Positions 38,478-51,488 of a DNA stretch of 64,000 nucleotides are shown one piece after another. Under the pieces are notes generated by a model, which was given only the letters and a program-made list of their open reading frames with translations, was not told the origin of the DNA and searched no databases. The position numbers and the translations under genes were made by a program. Each line of letters starts with the position of its first letter. Positions within the stretch are counted from its first letter, which is position 1. This stretch comes from Camelus dromedarius (Eukaryota): the NCBI RefSeq assembly GCF_036321535.1, contig NC_087437.1, forward strand, positions 13,766,001 to 13,830,000, given 5' to 3'.

Positions 38478-40010
38478 TGTGAGACAGCAATAGGACAGTA
38501 TTTGCCTGGTTATTCCAGTAATCAGAACCACAGGGGGACATGCTAAGGAAGGTTCCTGACACAATTCCAACCTGTGCATGTGGGGGCTCCCCCACACCAG
38601 CAAGCAATTCTTGGACGCCAGCAGGGTGTCCTACAATCAACTCAAATCTGATACCCAAAGACAGAATCAGACTCTGGAGGCAAAGGGCTCATTCCCACCA
38701 GACCACTCTCTACTTCAGGTGCCAGTCCTGTGCCCAGGGTGTTACCTGCATTTCTGACCAACCAGCTACTAATTGGATTAAGTTGCAAGATTCCCTCCTT
38801 TGGTTTGATTAACTTGCTAGAATGGCTCACAGAACTCAGGAAAACCAGTTTATTCATAGATTGTTGATTTATTATAAGCGGATATTAAAGGAATGCACAA
38901 CTATGTTAATTGAAGCATGATTTACAATAGCCAAGATATGGAGGCAACCTAAGTGTGCATCAGTGGATGAATGGATAAAGAAGATGCAGTATAAATATAA
39001 CACAGAATACTACTCAGCCATGAAAAAGAATGAAAACTTGCCACTTGCCCCAACATAGATGAATCTAGAGGGTATTATGCTAACTTAAATAAGTCAGACA
39101 GAGGAAGATAAATACCGTATGATCTCACTTATATGTGGAATCTAGAAAACAAACCAATCAAACCAAAATGAAAACAGACCCACAGATGCAGAGAGTGAAT
39201 TGGGTAGGTTGCCTGAGAGGAGGAGGGTAAGGCAGGGAGGGGCAAAATAGATGAAGGGGATTAAAAGGTACAACCTTTCAGTTACAAACTAAATAAGACA
39301 CAAGGATCTAATATACAGCATAAGGAATAAGGTCAATAATAACTTGGTATGGGGACAGATGGTTACTAGACTTATTGTGGTGGTCATTTTATAATGCAGG
39401 CAGATGTCAAATCACTGTGTAGTACACTGAAACTGACATAATATCGTACATCAACTCTATTTCAAATAAAAAAAAGGATATTAAAGGATACAAATAAATG
39501 GCCAGATGAAGAGATGCATAGCGCAAGGTGTGAGGAAAGGGCACAGAGCTTCCATGCCCTTTCCAGCCAGGAATGCCACTCTCCCCAGTCTCCACATGTT
39601 CACCAACTCAGGTCTCTGTACCCTGTCTTTTTTGGGGTTTTATGGAGGTTCCATTACTTAGGCATGGTTGATTAAATCATTAGCCTTTGGTTCGGCTTCC
39701 AGCCCCTCTCCCTCTCCAGTGGTCAGGTGTTGAGACTGAAAGTTCCCGCCCTCTAATCACATAGTTGTTTCTCCCGGCAACAAACCCCCACTTTTGGGTA
39801 GGATACAAAACTCACCTTCCCTGAAGCAGTTTCAGGAACTGAGGACAAGGGATCAAATATTATCTGACTACTCATCTCTCAGGAAATTCCAAGGGTTTAG
39901 GGAGCTGTAAACCAGAAACTATAAATGAAGACCAAATGTATATAGGAAATATAGATTTGGTCATTCAGATTCACGAAATATCTATTTTTCCTATAAATTA
40001 CAATATTGCA
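38478..40010 (-). mobile_element. MER21-like LTR split by an L1
   Basis: ggtgtcctacaatcaactc, gctagaatggctcacagaactcagg, ggcacagagcttccatgccc, ggaaattccaagggtttagggagc. Confidence 0.75.
38893..39475 (+). mobile_element. 5'-truncated L1 (older subfamily)
   Basis: L1 3' text + poly-A; exact TSD GGATATTAAAGGA at 38880-38892 and 39476-39488. Confidence 0.9.
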
Positions 40011-40409
40011 CATGCAATGACTGTGACAAAACCTACGTGCCCGCTCTCTCCTGCCAGCACCTGGACAATTGAGATTCGTTCAGTTTCAGAAGGACTGGAC
40101 TCTGTCCCTGTTCTTCAGAGCCCCTTGTCATTGAGAGTCACCGTCAGATCCGCTCTCTCAGGTTAGTTAGTCCTGAGTGTGAGAGAAGCAGGGCGAGGGT
40201 TTCCCAGGGAGGCTGCAAGGAGCAGCAGCGTCGCTTGGCTCTGTCTCACAGCACTTGGTCTCTTTCGGTTTCTGACTCCTGAGTAAAGTCCTCCAAACCT
40301 GGCCTCATCTCACCTGGACCTTTGTTTCCTTGTACTGAGAAGGGGAAATTAGATCATTTAACTTAAAAAGAAAAAAAAATTCTCTCTCATCCTCCAGTTC
40401 TTAGAGTCA

Positions 40410-40641
40410 CATCTGGGAACCAGAGTGAGAACAGTGAGGCACTCACAGGGGGAGCATAATTTAAGGGGATGCCAAAAAGCTCTGCAATGAAAATATTTTA
40501 ACACAATATTTTCAAAATAAAAATTGATGTAAAAAATCTATGATTTTCAAAAGTATCAAAAGTTTAAGTAAAGATAGGATCAGCATGACTGATTTTTTTT
40601 CCCTTTTGCCTAGGACTCCAAAAAAGTGTGGCAGGGCACTG
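40410..40641. mobile_element. hAT-Tip100 MITE (ORSL-like)
   Basis: agtgaggcactc..aatttaaggggatgccaaaaa..., cttttgcctaggactcca...ggcactg. Confidence 0.6.
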
Positions 40642-41249
40642 TTGCTTATCTTATCTGAATGAATCTGCTGAGCCAGAGTTTCTGGGGTGAACCCCAGGAA
40701 TCTGTATTTTATTAAGCTTTCAAGGTGATATGTATGTATGCTGAAGTTTGTGGAGCACAGAAAAAGTGTTCTGATGATCTCTGAAGTTACGTTTCACTTT
40801 GGTAACTTTCCAGTGACAAAGTCATTGGTTATATGAGAGGATCTCTGTCTAAATATTAAACAATAAAATAGTTATTTTATGCCAAGGACAATAGACACAC
40901 ACACACAGCCCCAAAATGATCAGTTGAGGGAGGACAACTTTTACTCTAAATACATCTTATATAAAATTTTGCCTCAAAGCAGCTAACATTGTAACAAGTC
41001 TCTGATGCAATGATTTATACTGACTGTTGATCGGTCAACGCATTGCATGCCCAACAGTCTAAAGGCACTGGGAGCCAAACAGTCCAATTGTAAAGATGTA
41101 GCAAGTCAGGCTTCCTACCTGGGGAACAACCAATATACCTATTGATGGATCTCAACTCCAACCCCAACTCTTGCTATCAGAGGCACCAATGTTTTTACAG
41201 CCCTTGATCTACCAAGGATCATGAACTTTTTTCCTATAGATATTTATGC

Positions 41250-41675
41250 TTTGCCATGGGTTTTGTGTCATACCACCCAGATCTCCTTTTATGATCTGAA
41301 GGATTCACTCCCCCCAGCTGTTGGGAATTGCTTGTCTGACACCATTCAGCTGTTAACTTCTTTGAGAACTGCTACGGCAGAAGACAGCCACCCTCACCCA
41401 GGGTCACACGCCCTGCCAGGAGCAGCCTGCCTCCCATGACTGGCTAACGCAGTGGTAAAAGCCCTGGCTCCCTCGACCCAGTTCAGGACAACTCCCAGAG
41501 GTCAGCCCAGCTTCAGAACTCCTAGCAGGGTCAGCTGAGGCCTTCTCCATCTTCCCAGCCCTGTTCATCTCTTCTCCTACTACAGTTTTTGATCCTAAGA
41601 GCACTCCCTAATAAATTTCCTACATGCAAATCTCCACCTGGGAGTTTGGTTTCCGGGGAACCGAGCTGCTCCACC
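41250..41675 (+). mobile_element. LTR16-like ERVL solo LTR
   Basis: gggtcagctgaggcctt; gatcctaagagcactccctaataaatttcctacatgcaaatctcc. Confidence 0.75.
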
Positions 41676-42916
41676 TACAGACCTTACCAACACCTTGTCA
41701 ATTAGAGGTTGAACACTTTACATATGAAGAAAGAAGCCCGACAAGGGAACAAAAGTGATTCAACTAGTTAGTTATGCTAATCATTGACACCAGAATTACT
41801 GACCCCCTTCACTGGGACGTTAGTAAAGACATCCCACCATTTTTTAGAATCTCACTCTCAAGGCTACCGCATCCATACGTTTATCCCAGACAACTTTTTA
41901 GGTTTTACAAATGCCTTATGAGCTCAAGGTTCAAAAGGCCAAAGAGGATTTTAAATGAAATCCATCTGAATTTAGAGGATCTTTCAGATTCAGCTTCATG
42001 GTGCTCAGAACTACATTTATAATCTCCCTTTACAGTTTGACGATCAAAGCAGAAGTCGGGACGATGACTGAGAAAGAGCAGAAATATAAGCCATCCACTC
42101 ATTTCCAACCTGAATTAAGTTTGAGCCGAGATGTATTCAGTTCAAGCAGCCTTTTTCTGGCTCTCTCTATGAAAAGTCCTTGCTGTGGTTGCCGGCACTG
42201 TTCTTACTTGGAAGGCTAAAAGGAGCCCAGAGGCGGTGACTCGGAAAAAGAAGGGTCTGGGTCAGAAGTAGGGTTCATCCAGCCTAGCACAAGACAGCAC
42301 AGGTAGGTCAGAGAGCCAGAGTCACCGTCAGGAATCACTGAGCCAGAGTAGTGCCAGGTGTCAATCGAAGGGCGAGACAAGGAAGAAGACCGGAGAACAA
42401 GGAGCAGGCTGATCCTTGAGAAAATAACACACCGAACAGAATCAAGTGTCTGGCACAACCGGAGGCACATGGCTCAGAACTCAGCAGGTGCCGGAACTTC
42501 CTTTCTCAGGCCGCCTAGTGCAGATAGCAGGGATCGCTGAGGCAACTTCCTCTCCGCCCTGGACGACCTCTCAGCCTCTCCCTGCACCCATCTCCTCCGT
42601 GTCTCACCCATTAAAAATGACAGTGGGGACTGGCAGGTGGAGACTGTGATGGGAAAGAGAGGGTCACAAGTCCCCTTAAATGTTGAAACCTAACCATACA
42701 TGCGTTCATTCTCCATGCATATTTCTCCACACCCAAAGGAGCAACGGCTCTCCCACATGCCACGTTCTAGGACACCCTGTGATCACATAACAACAGAACT
42801 CTCTTAAGGGCAATGTACCAGAGAACAGGTTGTGGAGGAAAAAAATCATTGTTTTCCCTTCCGCTGATGAGGTGGAAGCATCATGACAGGCAGCTCTGCA
42901 CAAAAATCTTGTTTTA

Positions 42917-42927
42917 CGAGCTTATGT

Positions 42928-42967
<40 letters not shown>

Positions 42968-43040
42968 GACTGAGACATTATGCTGTACACCAGAAATTGA
43001 CACATTGTAACTGACTATACGTCAATTATAAAAAAAAAAA
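42917..43040 (+). mobile_element. Short L1 3' terminus ~0.9 kb upstream of the ACP3 ATG
   Basis: atgactgagacattatgctgtacaccagaaattgacacattgtaactgac + poly-A; degenerate TSD aaa(tct/cc)tgtttta. Confidence 0.82.
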
Positions 43041-43399
43041 CAAACCTGTTTTAGCCTATATAGGACTGACAGGTTGGGGAAAATGGAAAGCTGAATTCCC
43101 TCAGTCAGGATTACCCTCTTTTGTAGTGTCCTTGATGAGATCATGGCTGGAGAAGCAGGGGTGTGACTCACCCAGACTGTAAGACACCCTCAACCAAAGT
43201 TGGTGACTAACAATTGAGCTGTAGGTTAGTTTGTTGTTGTTATTATTATTGCTTTTAAACTGTGTCAGGTTAGGAAAGGTACTTCTAATCCTAATTTTGA
43301 GATAGGCCAGGTATCTTAAAGTGTAACTAAATATCCTCAAAATAAAATTGTTCTTACTTCTCATTAGCTTAAAAATACTTCCATAGGCTACATGAGAGT

Positions 43400-43913
43400 T
43401 TTAGAAAGAACGTCATGTTTGGCCTGGAGAATACACCCAAAATATGCCAGGATCTGCAGTGCCTTCCACATTTCTCCCCCTATCATTCCAGATTGCTAAA
43501 AGATTAGGAATCACTCGGCTAAGAGTTCCAAAGTTGGAGTTTAGCCCGCTGCCAACTGATAGCCACAAAGCAAACATTCTATCATAACCCATCTAAAGAA
43601 AAGATAAAGATAAACCAAAAAATATTTGCTAATATGCTCTGTGACCTCAAGCAAAGCTGCGCCCTCTCTGGGCCTTGGTGTTTCAACTTAAATCCAGAAG
43701 ACCATGGTCTCTAACACTCAGCCCCAAAAATGATCTGACCAGGCACATGCCAAGCCCCACCCCTAGCTACCTGGAGATTTTACTATACATGAGTCTTGGC
43801 TCCTCCCAGCTCCTCCTTCCCTTTTGGTCCCTCGATAAAACAGCTTCTCCTCTAATGCCTTTTGCACTGGAAGCAGCACCTCCCGACTCCGGCCAGAAGC
43901 AGCTCTCGCCAGC
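43400..43913 (+). promoter_or_regulatory. ACP3 proximal promoter / 5'UTR
   Basis: Directly upstream of the ATG. GATAAAA TATA-like element at 43834-43840; GATA motifs at 43557, 43579, 43602, 43608; FOXA-type motifs at 43567-43576 and 43623-43629; ARE-like AGAACGtcaTGTTTG at 43407-43421. TSS not determinable from sequence. Confidence 0.55.
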
Positions 43914-44033
43914 ATGACAGCTGCCACCCTCCTCGTGGCCCCGGCAGCGAGCCTTCGCCTCAGCCTCCTGCTTCTGCTTTCCTTCTGCCCAGACCGAGGT
44001 GTGCGAGCCAAGGAGCTGAGGTTTGTGACATTG
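43914..44033 (+). CDS. ACP3: ACP3 coding exon 1 (signal peptide + mature N-terminus)
   Basis: ATG in gccAGCATGA context. Translates MTAATLLVAPAASLRLSLLLLLSFCPDRGVRA|KELRFVTL, matching the PAP signal peptide and mature start (human KELKFVTL). 120 nt, followed by the donor GTGAGT. Confidence 0.96.
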
Positions 44034-44559
44034 GTGAGTAAGTAGGCTTTTCTCATGGCTTTTCCCTTACAACTGTTACCAGCAGGGTCTGAAATCCAGG
44101 AGTCAGGTTTCATTTTACCTGAGAGTTGTCTCCGGGAGACCAAACTCTGAAAGTGAATAAGCAAGTTTTGCAAGTTCCTCCTAATGAAGACTGAGCATGT
44201 CCTGACAGAAGCGTGTTTGGTTTGGTTGCTTTTAACTTTGCCGGTGTTCTTTCTTCATCTATTCGCTTACTTTACGACTGCCTTGGATGCAGATTCCTTT
44301 TGACAGCTACACAACGCCAGGAGAAACCTCTTCTGGCGCTGTTCAGAACCAGAAGCCAAACTGGCTTCATTCAGTCTAATGATTCTCTCTTGACAAGCCA
44401 AAAACCTGTCATTTTCTGAAGTAGCCCCTTCCCTTTTTGTTTATCAGGAAATTAGAAAATACATCTATAAATAGTCTTTGAAGCATAAAAGTGAAACTAA
44501 AGAGTTCTAGGATGACTTCCTGATGCATAGATTTGGTTGACCATTAAAATCATGCTTTT

Positions 44560-44676
44560 GAGGGGGACGGTATAGCTCGGGGTAGAGCACATGCTTAGCA
44601 TTACAAGGTCCTGGGTTCAATCCCCAGTACCTCCATTTAAAAAAAAAAATTCTTTTTAATCTTAAAAAAAATAAAG
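44560..44676 (+). mobile_element. vic-1-type SINE (intron 1)
   Basis: tRNA-Ala head; 14/15 TSD TAAAATCATGYTTTT at 44545-44559 and 44677-44691. Confidence 0.9.
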
Positions 44677-45897
44677 TAAAATCATGTTTTTCCCCACCCA
44701 TAGTATGTGTGACATGTTAGGAAAGGGGACTAGGGTGGCTAATGCGGGCTGTCAAGGAAAGAAAACATACTGTTGGCATTGTTTTAAAAAATGGACAGGA
44801 GGACAGTTTGCAAAGTAAAGGGGATTTACCACTTCACTCTGAGTCCTGGAATTAATTAACCTCTTTCTGTCTCTTGGTTTCTGTCTTGGTCTTTGATTCT
44901 CTTTGTTTCTCTGTTTCTCTTTTTTCTGTTCCACTCACTATCTCCCTCTGCCTCTGACCCTCTCCTTGTCTTTCACAGCTCTCTCAATCTCCTTCTCTTC
45001 GTCACGTTTTTTATTTGATAGAGTGAAAGTATTCTAATAAATAAGTAAATAGTCTTTCTGAAAGCATATCCAAATTTTATTTTTATGATTTTGAGGGAGG
45101 TCATCTTTTACTTAAAAATTAAACATGAAGTTTCTATCTTCTCAGCTTGCTATGTTCAGAACTTCTTTCTTTCCCTTCTACAGAAAAATTTCATATGTTT
45201 ATGCAATTTCATATGTTTAGTCCAATGAAACTTTACTAGGTCATGAGTCAACAATGAGAGAGAGAGAAAACTAGAGAAATAGATCATCAATTTATTTACA
45301 AATGATTCACCCACTGTCGGGCTTCTGTGTTGAAAAAAAAAAAACTATAATTTATATAGGGAAATCCATGTGAGTTAGACTGCTACCCACATGCGCATTA
45401 AGCAAGTGCAGGGACTCTTCAGAAATTGCACTGTCAACACCGTGACAAATTCAGGGACCACAAGTTAATTCTTCCCTAAGAAAAACTGTACAAAGGTCGC
45501 TCTCTAGGAGCTAAAAAAATTCACAATTACCATACAAAGCCAATGTTAACAATTTTTTCCTACCATAGCTTCCTTCCATTAATAGTAGATGGAGGACAAC
45601 TTAATTCATCTTTCTTGGCCCTTACAAAACCACCTCTATCTAAGGACTCAAGTCAGAAGATATCTCTGTCTTCTTTTTACTGATTATAGAAAATATCTGG
45701 CTATAAATGGTTCAGTAATATACCCAGGGAATTCCCTAGGAAGTTATTATGAGAACCAGAATAGAAGAAAAGTGCCTCTGGTTAAAGCGGTCACATTAAT
45801 GACAATAACCAGGGGTTGATGCTTACTCTGTGCCAGGCACTGTTCTGAGGTTTTAACATGGATTATGCTATATTACCCTCCCAACAACCCTATAAAG

Positions 45898-46032
45898 TAG
45901 GGTTACTAGAAAACACAAGATGCCCAGTTAAATTTGAATTTCAGATAAACAGCAAATAAGTTTTTAGTACACGTATGTTCCCATGAAATATTTAGGCATC
46001 CTGCAGTTTTGCTTGCTAAATCTGGCAATCGT
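45898..46032. mobile_element. MER53-like palindromic MITE (internally deleted) inside a MIR
   Basis: gatgcccagttaaatttgaatttcagataaac...gctaaatctggcaa. Confidence 0.7.
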
Positions 46033-46595
46033 CCTATAAGGCTTTTGTAAAACCCTTACTATTGCTATTCACCCTATTTTATAGATGTAAAAGCCTTATT
46101 AACCCTATTTCATAAATGAAGGAATTGAGACACAAAGATATTAAGCAACTTGCTCATGGCCACACAGCTAGGATTTGAATCCAGGCTGTATGATTCCAGA
46201 AGCTATGCCCTTAATCACTAGACATACTCTGTTCCTGCTATGTGTGTATAAAATCCACCACAAGGAGCTGAGATCTCTCCGTCCAGGACCGGCTGATTGG
46301 CTTCACTCACAATCAGCAGGTGGCTTCTTTCCTTGCTTTTCCACTGTGATCCAAGAAAAATAAATCTTCACCAATTCTCAAAAATCGCCCTTGGCAGAAA
46401 GAGCAGGAAGCTGTCGTGTTCTTGCTCTCTCTCATGAACAGAGTCACCATATGCTCTTTTAAAAGAGATTCACCACTGTGCATCCCGTGGAACGCTAGTG
46501 CAACATGTTGTTAACAGGTGTTGCTTGATGTTTAAAGATAGGTTTCAATAGTCAACTCAGCTTTGGGAAGAAGACGTGGGTTAAACTGTGTTTAA

Positions 46596-46740
46596 GGGGA
46601 GGGAATAGCTCAAGTGGTAGAGTGCATGCTTAGCATGAACAAGGTCCTGGGTTCGATCATCAGTATCTCCATTAAGATAACTAAATAAATAAAATAAACC
46701 TAATTACCCTTCCCAAAATTAAAAAAAAAAAAAAGAGGTC
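46596..46740 (+). mobile_element. vic-1-type SINE (intron 1)
   Basis: tRNA-Ala head + aaacctaattacc body; exact TSD TAAACTGTGTTTAA. Confidence 0.9.
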
Positions 46741-47805
46741 TAAACTGTGTTTAAAGGTCTCAAATACAGGACTTTTCAAGTTCTTTAATATTCTAATATG
46801 CACCATGCCTTTCAGAGAAAGGATCTCATAAATGGTATTTCCTAAATTTTGACTGTAAAATCCACCTCTTCTGTTTTTCCAGAACATTCCATAGAAAACC
46901 CTTAAAAAATTGCTATTTTTGAATATACAGAGAGAATAATAACCGTGGTGAGACCCAGTGTACCCATCAACCAGCCTCAATAATTATCACTCATAGCCAG
47001 TCTTGTTTCATCTATGTGCCCACACATTCCTAATGGACTTCTTAGAAGTAATCCCACACGTCATTATTCCATCCACAAACAGGGAAATGCTGTTTTAAAG
47101 CTTTTCTCTCTTCCCTAAGCCAGGGCAAATCTGCAAGTTCAGGTGATCTCAAAGAGAAAAAAATTCCTTCTCATTCCAGCTGAGCTTTATAAAGAGAGGG
47201 ATGGTAAGTCAAAGGTAGACGCGCTTCTCATTCTTCATGGTTAACCATGCAAAATTTTTACTCAAGTCAACAGAACTTTCTTGATGCAAATGTCCTCCAA
47301 ATCTTAACATCATCTCCCCACTGGGATGGGTCACTTCCATACTGTGGTTACGTAAATTCAAATGATGCTGGCCATCACACATTTCCAGGGACAGTAGACT
47401 TTCAGGGTTCTCCCTCAGTCCTCCTAGGAAAGCAAAAAATTGGCAAGTTAATGCTTAGGCTGACAGCCCAACATTGCTATCAATTTTCTAAGGCTATGTA
47501 CTAAAGTAAAAGTTGAGAGCTATGCCTAGGAAAACATTGAACTTCCATTAATTCAAATTCTAGCATCATTTACCAGGTATGGGATCAAGAACAAGGCACT
47601 TAATCCTGTTGAGTCTCAAATTCCCCAAACTTAAAGTTGGGAATAATGATCACAACTATAATTTCTATCTCACAGAGTTGTATGAGCTCTGAATCACATG
47701 GAAAGTATGAACCATGATATAATTATAAGGGGTTGCTGTTAATCATCAGTCTGAAACAGAAGCTTTCCAGCTTTTTAGATAAAGTCTAGATGACCCTTAA
47801 TTATT

Positions 47806-48140
47806 CCTTTTTTTTTCTTTTAACTTGTGGTAAAACACACAACAAAAAATTTTCCATCTTCACCACTTTAAGTGTACAGTTCAGTGGCCTCAGGTGTCTT
47901 CACATTGTTGCGCTACCATTAAAATCATCCATCTCCAGAATTCTCTTCGCCTTGCAAAACTGAAACTTTGTATTCATTTAGCAGTAACTCCTCATCCTCC
48001 CCATCCCCGGCCCCTACAACCACCATTCTACTTCCTGACTCTATGAATCTGACTACTCCACGTAACTCGCAGAAGTGGAACCATACAGTTCTTGTCTTGC
48101 TGTGATGGCTTATTTCACCTCACACATTGTCCTTAAGGTT
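47806..48140 (-). mobile_element. L1MB-type 3' end
   Basis: aagtgtacagttcagtgg, caaccaccattctactt; TSD-like TCTAGA(T/G)GACCCTT on both sides. Confidence 0.78.
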
Positions 48141-50596
48141 CTAGAGGACCCTTCACTGTTTTTCAGCAAAGAAAATATAAGGTATTACACAGTTATGTCT
48201 GCTAGAACCTTAGGCTAACAGCTTAACTTGCTTGCACTCAAGTCTTCCCCACCTATGAATTCTGACTTCTTTTCTCTTGGGGGAGACACATCTGGGTGTA
48301 AATATGGCTTGAGGGTGGGGTGGGGGAGAAGCTGGAGGGGAGAACTGAGAGGAAATACTACCACAGGTCAGGAAAGGCATCCTGAAAACCTGACTTGCAT
48401 CGGAAAGCAATAGAATTGGAAAAGAAATGGTATTTCTTTTAAAAATTGTGAAGGCAGAAGAATCCCATGAGTTGCCTGTGGATATTAAGGAAGAGAAAGA
48501 AGTTAAAACGACCCCGTTTTTCTCATTTGGGTTGTTGGAAAGATGATGGCGACCCTGGAGACAGGGTACACGAAAGGCATGAAATATTTAAACTTCTTGC
48601 AAATTCCTTTCATGAGATATAAACACAGAAGAAATTTACAATATTGTCTACTGCACAGCGCCGCAGAGCACAGGGGTTAACAGTGCTGGGCTCAAGAATC
48701 AGACCTCCTGTGTCTGAATGCTTGCCCCACCTCTTAGTAACCAGCAGTGTGACGTTGGTTGAGTAACTTGACTTGGCTGTGTCTCAGTTTCATCGTTAGC
48801 AAAGTGGGGAGAGCACTCAGCCCTTCATGGGGTCATTGTGAGGCTTGATTTGGTTCATATACACAAACATCCTTATAAGCCTAGCTGGTAAATGCCTAAA
48901 ACACTAATGACATGTCTTGAGCCCAAATGTGTTGTGTTGACTATCCACATATACTCACACAATTATATGTGTATTTCTATAATAGTCATATAAACAGTTA
49001 ATTAAAATGTCATTGTTTTCTATTTATTCTCCAAGGATGAAATATTTATATGTCTTTTTTTTTCAGTTTGATCCATTTTCCTCCCCAGCTTTGGGCCTCT
49101 GGCTCAGTCAAAACTGAAAAAAAAGTGACAAGAGAGAAACAGATTTTACTCATTTCAATCATTGTTTGATTTACTGATCCACCAAGTGGCCCTCTTGGCT
49201 AGAATAGATTACTGATTGCCCTTTTATTTGCCTTCATCTTCATTGCTATGTTTGAACAGTACCTTTGAACACAGGCAGAAGTTCCTACTTCTCAAGGCCT
49301 GTAAACCTCGTTTTCACTTCTGTTAAAAGTAAAGGATTATAGTTTACAGCGATCATATTGTAAGTGTCCACTGGATGCTGGGCTCTTTCTGTTTTGTATT
49401 TTAAATCCCCAAAATGACCTGGTAAGGCATATATTACCTTGGTAGTACATAAGAGGGGTGGAAAGGAGCGGGAACTTCTCTGTGGTGTGCTGGGTCCTGG
49501 GAACTCAAGATGTAACTGTCTGGTGGCCCACCTACAACTCGTGGGCTGGCTTAGATGACACGTACTGGCTAAAACTCTCCCCTGAAAAACAAAAGCCAGG
49601 GCTACTGCCTCAGCTCACAGACAGCCCCCGGGTCTCTCCCCGCTACTGTGCGGCTCCCTAATCACTGGGGCCAAGGAGCAGAAAGCCATCCACGGAGACC
49701 TGCCAGGTCTTCAAAGACATTAGCTGGACAGCCCACTGTTGTGCACCGAGCGTTGGCGCTGGGACAGGTAGGCAGTCACTTCAGTTTGCTTACACGAGCT
49801 TCTCTCCAGTTTTATGCCAATGCCCTTTGCAGATTTTCACGGTGGTGAACTGATCAGGGAAATTATGCTCGGTTCAAGACATTCCAGTCAGCTGAGTTGC
49901 TGCCATGGGCACTTAAAAGGTTTTGAAATGTCACAAATCCAAAGGAGGAATTCATTTTTCTTGTCAGTCAGGGAAGCAAAAGTTGGAGAGAAGATTAGAA
50001 ATTAATGGAAATATTTCTTGAAGGATATTTCTTTGTTTAGCAAGTAGTTCTCATTTGCCCTGATATGCTGCACACAGGAAGGGAAGTAAAGCAGGTAGCT
50101 AAGTTAAAGCCCTGAATAACACAACAACAAAATTAATAGTATCCGATATAATAACCACTCTCGTGTACTGAGTGCATCCTGTGTATGATGATGGCTTATA
50201 TTACACATTGAATTCTCGTGATCCTCCTGCATGAGAAATACAGATTTTCTCATTTTTCAGAGCGGGAAATCGAGGCATGCAAAAGTTTACATTAAAGCAT
50301 TTTCCCAGGGTCACCTAGTTAGGTGTTGACAAAGCAGGGGTTTGAAGCCAGGTCTAACTGACTCAAACCCAGAGATTTTCTGAGATACCATGCACAGTAC
50401 GACACAGATTCCTCCATTCCCTCTCCTGGGCCCTGGATGAGTCTCGTTAGCGTGCTGTGCCTTTCCACCTTCCTCACGGCACATACAGGACATGTTCCAA
50501 CCCTGAGTCCTCTCACAGCCAGTCGGGTTCCCTTCTTATCTATGAAGTGAGATTTATTTATCCGACTCATTCATTTCTACCCAAACTCTTTCACTC

Positions 50597-50809
50597 TTTT
50601 TTTCCAAATTCTTTTTATTTTTTTGTTTAATTGAAGTATCATCAGTTACAATGTTGTGTCAATTTCTGGTGTACAGCGTAATGTTTCAGTCATACATATA
50701 CAGACATGTATTCTTTTTCATTATAGGTATTGAATAGAGTTCCCTGTGCTGTGCAGTAGGACCTTGTTGTTCTCTATTTTATGTACAGTAGCAAGTATCT
50801 GCAAGAGAT
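50597..50809 (-). mobile_element. Short L1 3' end
   Basis: Antisense L1 terminus; TSD-like ACTCTTTCA on both sides. Confidence 0.82.
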
Positions 50810-51488
50810 ACTCTTTCAGTTTCTAATTCTCTTAAGAGTTGTTTCTAAGCTCCTAAAAGAAGAAAATAAAATAAGCTTTTATTCAAGGCGAGGTTTGTGC
50901 ATCAAGAGATTTTCATGGCTTGGAGCATGGTTAACTAAATAGGGAGTGGAGTTTAATGTCCCTTTTAGGATTTCCAGAATCATCCCAAAGTTTTATGATG
51001 TGACTTGAATTCCAAACCTGGAAGGACAGGATGATGGTTTAGAATTCAGTCTAGTCCAGGGGCAGACTCACTGGTCCAGAAGCAAAGGTACAAATGCAGG
51101 GCATGAGGGGAACGACAGGAGAATGAAATAAAGGGGGAAAAAAAGGAGCACACACAGCACACCTTGATGATAAGCAGGGGTGAAAATTAAAAGCCCTTGT
51201 GAAGTGAAGAGATGGGAAAGAAAGCCATCTCGGAGGACCTGGAGGAGCTGGATCCAACCCAAGATTCACTCACTCATTCAAACAGAGCACTTTGTGTGTG
51301 TACTTGCTGTCTGTCAGGCGCTGTTTTGGGGGATAAACCTGTGCCCGTAACAGCAAGGATTCTACTTTCAAGGAGCTTATGGGGAGAGGGGAAACCAGAG
51401 ACTTAAAAAACACATGCACACTCACTCACACCCAAACACTTTAAAAAACAAAAAGAAAAGGAAATATGAGGGATAAAAATGAATCCGT

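Noticed and set aside
1..43400. Exons of an upstream neighbour gene (CPNE4 in human)
   Set aside because: No copine-like coding exon was recognised; non-coding exons cannot be called from sequence alone.
43763..44173. 136-aa antisense ORF over ACP3 exon 1
   Set aside because: Shadow ORF of a GC-rich exon with no recognisable protein features.
33025..45220. Short tandem duplications (about 33025-33070, 34202-34241, 45188-45219) as CRISPR-like or functional arrays
   Set aside because: Only 2-4 adjacent units with no spacers, in mammalian DNA; ordinary slippage products.
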